From Lama guanicoe (taxonomy: Eukaryota), in the NCBI GenBank assembly GCA_013239625.1, contig MU053934.1, positions 9,135,352 to 9,199,351 on the forward strand: a stretch of DNA of 64,000 nucleotides, read 5' to 3'. Within the stretch, counting starts at the first letter, position 1. The number at the start of each line of letters is the position of its first letter. A program made the position numbers and the translations under genes. Of the stretch, positions 60,980 to 64,000 are shown piece after piece. The notes under the pieces were generated by a model. That model made no database searches, was not told where the DNA came from, and saw nothing but the letters and a program-made list of their open reading frames with translations.

Positions 60980-61760
60980 CTCCTCTGGGATCCCACACCC
61001 TCCTGGCGTCCCCGCCCCCTCACACACACCTTCCGCCCCCGCCCCCTCCTCTCAGGCCGAACTTCCGGCCGGCGCCCCCTCCCTGCAGGCGGGACTTCCG
61101 CCCGCGCCCCCTCCCCTCGCCGCGCCGTCGCGTCCTCCGGCCCGAGGCCCTCCCGGCCGCGTGCCCTCGCGCCCTCCCGCCCCGGCCGCGGCTGCAGTGG
61201 CACTGAGGCGGCGGCGGCGGCGGCGTCCGGAGGCTGCGGGCGCCCCTCCCCCTCCTGCTTTCCCTGCTGCTGCTCCTCCTCCTGCTCCTCGTCGTCGCCC
61301 GCTCGGCCCGAGCTGCGAGCGGCAAGATGGCCGCGCCCAGGCCGCCGCCCGCCAGGCTGTCCGGCGTCATGGTGCCCGCGCCCATCCAGGACCTGGAGGC
61401 TCTGCGCGCGCTGACGGCGCTCTTCAAAGAGCAGCGGAATCGGTAACGGCCCGGGCGGCGCGAGCGTCGGGGGCGGCCCGGCTGCGGGAGCGGTGCGGGG
61501 AAGGGGGCGCCCGGCGCGGCGCGGCGGCGCAGAGGCCCGCCCCCTCCTCCCGGATGGCCGCGGGGTGGAGGCCTCCGCGCGCCGCCCGGGGGGGCCCCGG
61601 GCCGCCGATGCCAGGCCCACGTCCTCCCGCGCGGGTCCCCGAGGCGCCCTGGGGGTTGACACCTGCTCCCTGCTCGCTAGTACAGTTGTGAAGTCGGGCG
61701 CGGGAAGGGGACGGATACATGGGAGCTTTCCGCCACGTTATGCGTGTTTTGTTAGCTGAG
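60980..61760 (+). promoter_or_regulatory. ATXN10: ATXN10 CpG-island promoter / 5'UTR / start of intron 1
   Basis: Very high GC and CpG density. GC boxes (CCCCGCCCC ~61010, ~61035), ETS/GABPA-type ACTTCCG at 61061 and 61094, YY1-type AAGATGGC overlapping the ATG, and (GGC)6 at 61207-61224. Confidence 0.9.
61327..61442 (+). CDS. ATXN10: Ataxin-10, first coding exon (116 nt, phase 2)
   Basis: aagATGg start translates MAAPRPPPARLSGVMVPAPIQDLEALRALTALFKEQRN(R), the ataxin-10 N-terminus, followed by donor CG|GTAACG at 61443. It lies within a CpG island. Confidence 0.96.
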
Positions 61761-62259
61761 CACGCGTTGATGGCGCACCTGTAACGTGCAGGGTCCTCTC
61801 GGAGGCCCTGGCTGGGAGCCGACTGACAGGCCCCAGAGTCAGATGGTGGGCGAGAGTGTGCTGGTGGGCGAGAGACACGCTACGGATGTGCAAGGTGGGA
61901 CGTGGCGTGAACACCATTTCCCATCTGTGAGACTAAGATTGGCACTCCATTCTGCCTGACTGTCAGCCCAGGCTTTGCCATTTCCAGTGGTGGCAGCGCC
62001 ACTTCAATCCTGATTCTGCCGCTGAAGGGCCAGATAGCCATTGTAAAAGGTACCCAGGAGCCTGACGGACCTGGACTTGGTTCCTGGCTTTACAAGCTGT
62101 GCCTTATTGTGCAGTTTCTCCAAGCCTTAGATTTCTTGCCTGAAAATGGGAGTATAATACATAATTTTATTGCTGAATTGTACAGAGGAATAAATGAAAT
62201 AAAGCATCTGAAAATTTAAAGTATGTGACAATCTCAGTCAATGCTTGTTTGATTTTGTC

Positions 62260-62410
62260 CTAGTCTTCTCTGGGCCTCAGTTTCCACGTCTATTTAATAG
62301 GAAAAATGTTGGACAGTACCTTCCTGGTGAGATTATTTGTAAGGATTAAATGAGATAATGTGTATTAAATGCTTGATGGATACCTGATACATAGTACTAA
62401 ATAAATATTA
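62260..62410 (+). mobile_element. MIR SINE
   Basis: CTCTGGGCCTCAGTTTCC.CGTCTATTTAATAGG..GGATTAAATGAGATAATGTGT..GCTT..CCTGATACATAGTA. Confidence 0.75.
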
Positions 62411-63349
62411 GCTGATACTGTTATTATTTAATACATTTGTGGGTGATCTCCCATGTGCCAGGTTTTGTGCCAGGCGATGCAGCTGAAAAATGAAAAGTCC
62501 TTTCCTGGGAAGCCCTATTCTGGGGAGACAGCAGATGATTATACAGTCATGGGAAATTGCACAAAGAGCAGAGGGAGCATAGAAGAAAGGGAGTTGGTCC
62601 AGATGGTCCATAGAGGGACCTTTTGGTCTGAGCATTTCTGCCTCCTATCACAATAGGAAGCACTGAGCTGTTGAAAGTGCTAAGAGCCCAGGGCCCTGCT
62701 CTTTGGGCTTTTGGGGAGATATGTTAATTGATATGATACCCCTGGGAGGTGTATTGATTGAGTTAATGCTTTGGTATGTCTTTACCATGGTGGACTCTTC
62801 CTTTAGTCAGAGATCAGTCATCAGCCTTTACTGAACATCTGCTCTGAAACAGGTTCTTTGTAGGGGCTGAAGGTGCAAAGATAAGTGTGACATCCCTTTT
62901 TTTAAGCATGTTAGCGTAATTGCCGTGTAAACGAATTGTAACAGGGGTCCAGTCTAGAAGAGTTAGTGGCACAAGGGAGCTTGTGGATCTGATGTATAGA
63001 TTGGTGGGCCAGGAAGGGCCATTGGGTTACTTTGGCTGCATGGCCTACAGGTGAGAGGGCTAATTAGAAAGAACAATATATGCAAAGGGACTGTATGCTG
63101 ACTTTGGGGATTCACTAGTGTCCCTCAGAGGGGTCTCATGGGGTTTGGACCAGAGTCCAGCTGCTCTGAGAGGATCCATTCAGTGCAGATGGACCTGGAG
63201 GGAAGGGAAGATGGGCCAAGGTGCCAGGAGCTGGGTGGGACAGAAAGTGAAGCAAAATGCAGCCTCAGGGTAGCAAATAGAAAGACACCAGACAAAGCAA
63301 AAGTAAGTAAGTGATGGAACAAAAGGATTCTTCTCTGCTTGAGTGTGGG

Positions 63350-63750
63350 CTGAACTTAGTGGCTTGCTTTTAAATAATAGGCTTGGGGGAAGTGACATTG
63401 TGACTTCTGAGATGTAAAAGGCACTGCAGCTCCCTCTTTGCTTTCCTCTTGGATCACTCGCTCCAACAGAGCCAGCTGCCATGTCATGGGGGCACTCAGG
63501 CACCCACGTAGAGAAATCTGCATGCTGAGGGATTGAGGCCTCCTGCCAGTGGTCATGTGATGCACCGCCCTGGAAGCGGATCCTCTCAGTCCCCGTCCAC
63601 TTCAGCTGTGTCCCCCTCGTGAGCGACCCTGAGCCAGAACCACTCCACTCAGATTCCTGACCCTCTGGCCTGTGTGAGACCACACATGTGATTGTTTTAA
63701 AGTACTACGTTTGGGGGTAGTTTGTTATATAGCAATAGATCATTACTATA
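63350..63750 (+). mobile_element. MaLR LTR (MLT1F-like)
   Basis: GCCAGCTGCCATGT, GAGGCCTCCTGCCA, GGAAGCGGATCCTC, CCCTGAGCCAGAACCAC, GATTCCTGACCC, TTTGGGGGTAGTTTGTTATATAGCAATAGAT. Confidence 0.8.
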
Positions 63751-64000
63751 TCAATCTAAAATTTTCTTCCTTTCGATTAAACTCATATTATGGAATGTAA
63801 TGGGAAATAGTGTCTTAACTGCTAAAATCCATAAAAATTAATTATGGTCAGAAAATATCAGTATTAAGATACTGTGAGCTATTTCTTCTCTGTGGAAGGT
63901 AATTCTTTTTCTTAATAGTTTTAAATTTGTCTTATACCTTTTGTTTAATACACATCTGCATTTTTTCTCAAGTTTTTAAAAATTATTTTAATTCTTAAAT

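Larger units (their letters stand above)
61443..64000 (+). other. ATXN10: ATXN10 intron 1 (5' part)
   Basis: Starts at the GT donor. Contains MIR/L2/MLT1 remnants and no recognisable exon 2. Confidence 0.8.

Noticed and set aside
60824..61691. Long overlapping ORFs (196, 239, 247 aa) over the ATXN10 CpG island
   Set aside because: Pro/Arg/Ala/Gly-rich products of stop-poor GC-rich DNA. The real ATXN10 exon is in a different frame (ATG 61327).
61443..64000. SCA10-type (ATTCT)n repeat of ATXN10
   Set aside because: Not seen. That repeat lies in human intron 9, far outside this window.

Overview
Mammalian genomic DNA, most likely a camelid (alpaca/camel): it carries several tRNA-Ala-derived SINEs of the Vic-1 type and artiodactyl-style L1 3' ends. 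The window is the FBLN1-ATXN10 interval. Positions 1-11215 are the distal part of the last intron of fibulin-1 isoform D. The terminal FBLN1D coding exon is at 11216-11355, with its 3'UTR ending near AATAAA 12019. About 49 kb of repeat-rich intergenic DNA follows (L1, L2, MIR, MLT1 LTRs, MER20/MER33/MER58, SINEs), then the ATXN10 CpG-island promoter and first coding exon (ATG 61327, donor after 61442) and the start of intron 1. Nearly all ORFs in the supplied track are spurious or decayed L1 remnants, and the real ATXN10 exon is too short to appear in it. I see no convincing new multi-gene system. The most interesting signals are: (i) an open, in-frame, CUG-initiable poly-Leu stretch upstream of the ATXN10 ATG that reads like a signal peptide; (ii) an orphan triple-CCAAT + GC-box promoter-like cluster 1.6 kb past the FBLN1 poly(A) site; (iii) a ~60-bp minisatellite abutting the ATXN10 promoter; (iv) a MER33 fragment bracketed by a 17-bp direct repeat inside an L1. 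Repeat family names come from recalled consensus sequences and their boundaries are approximate.
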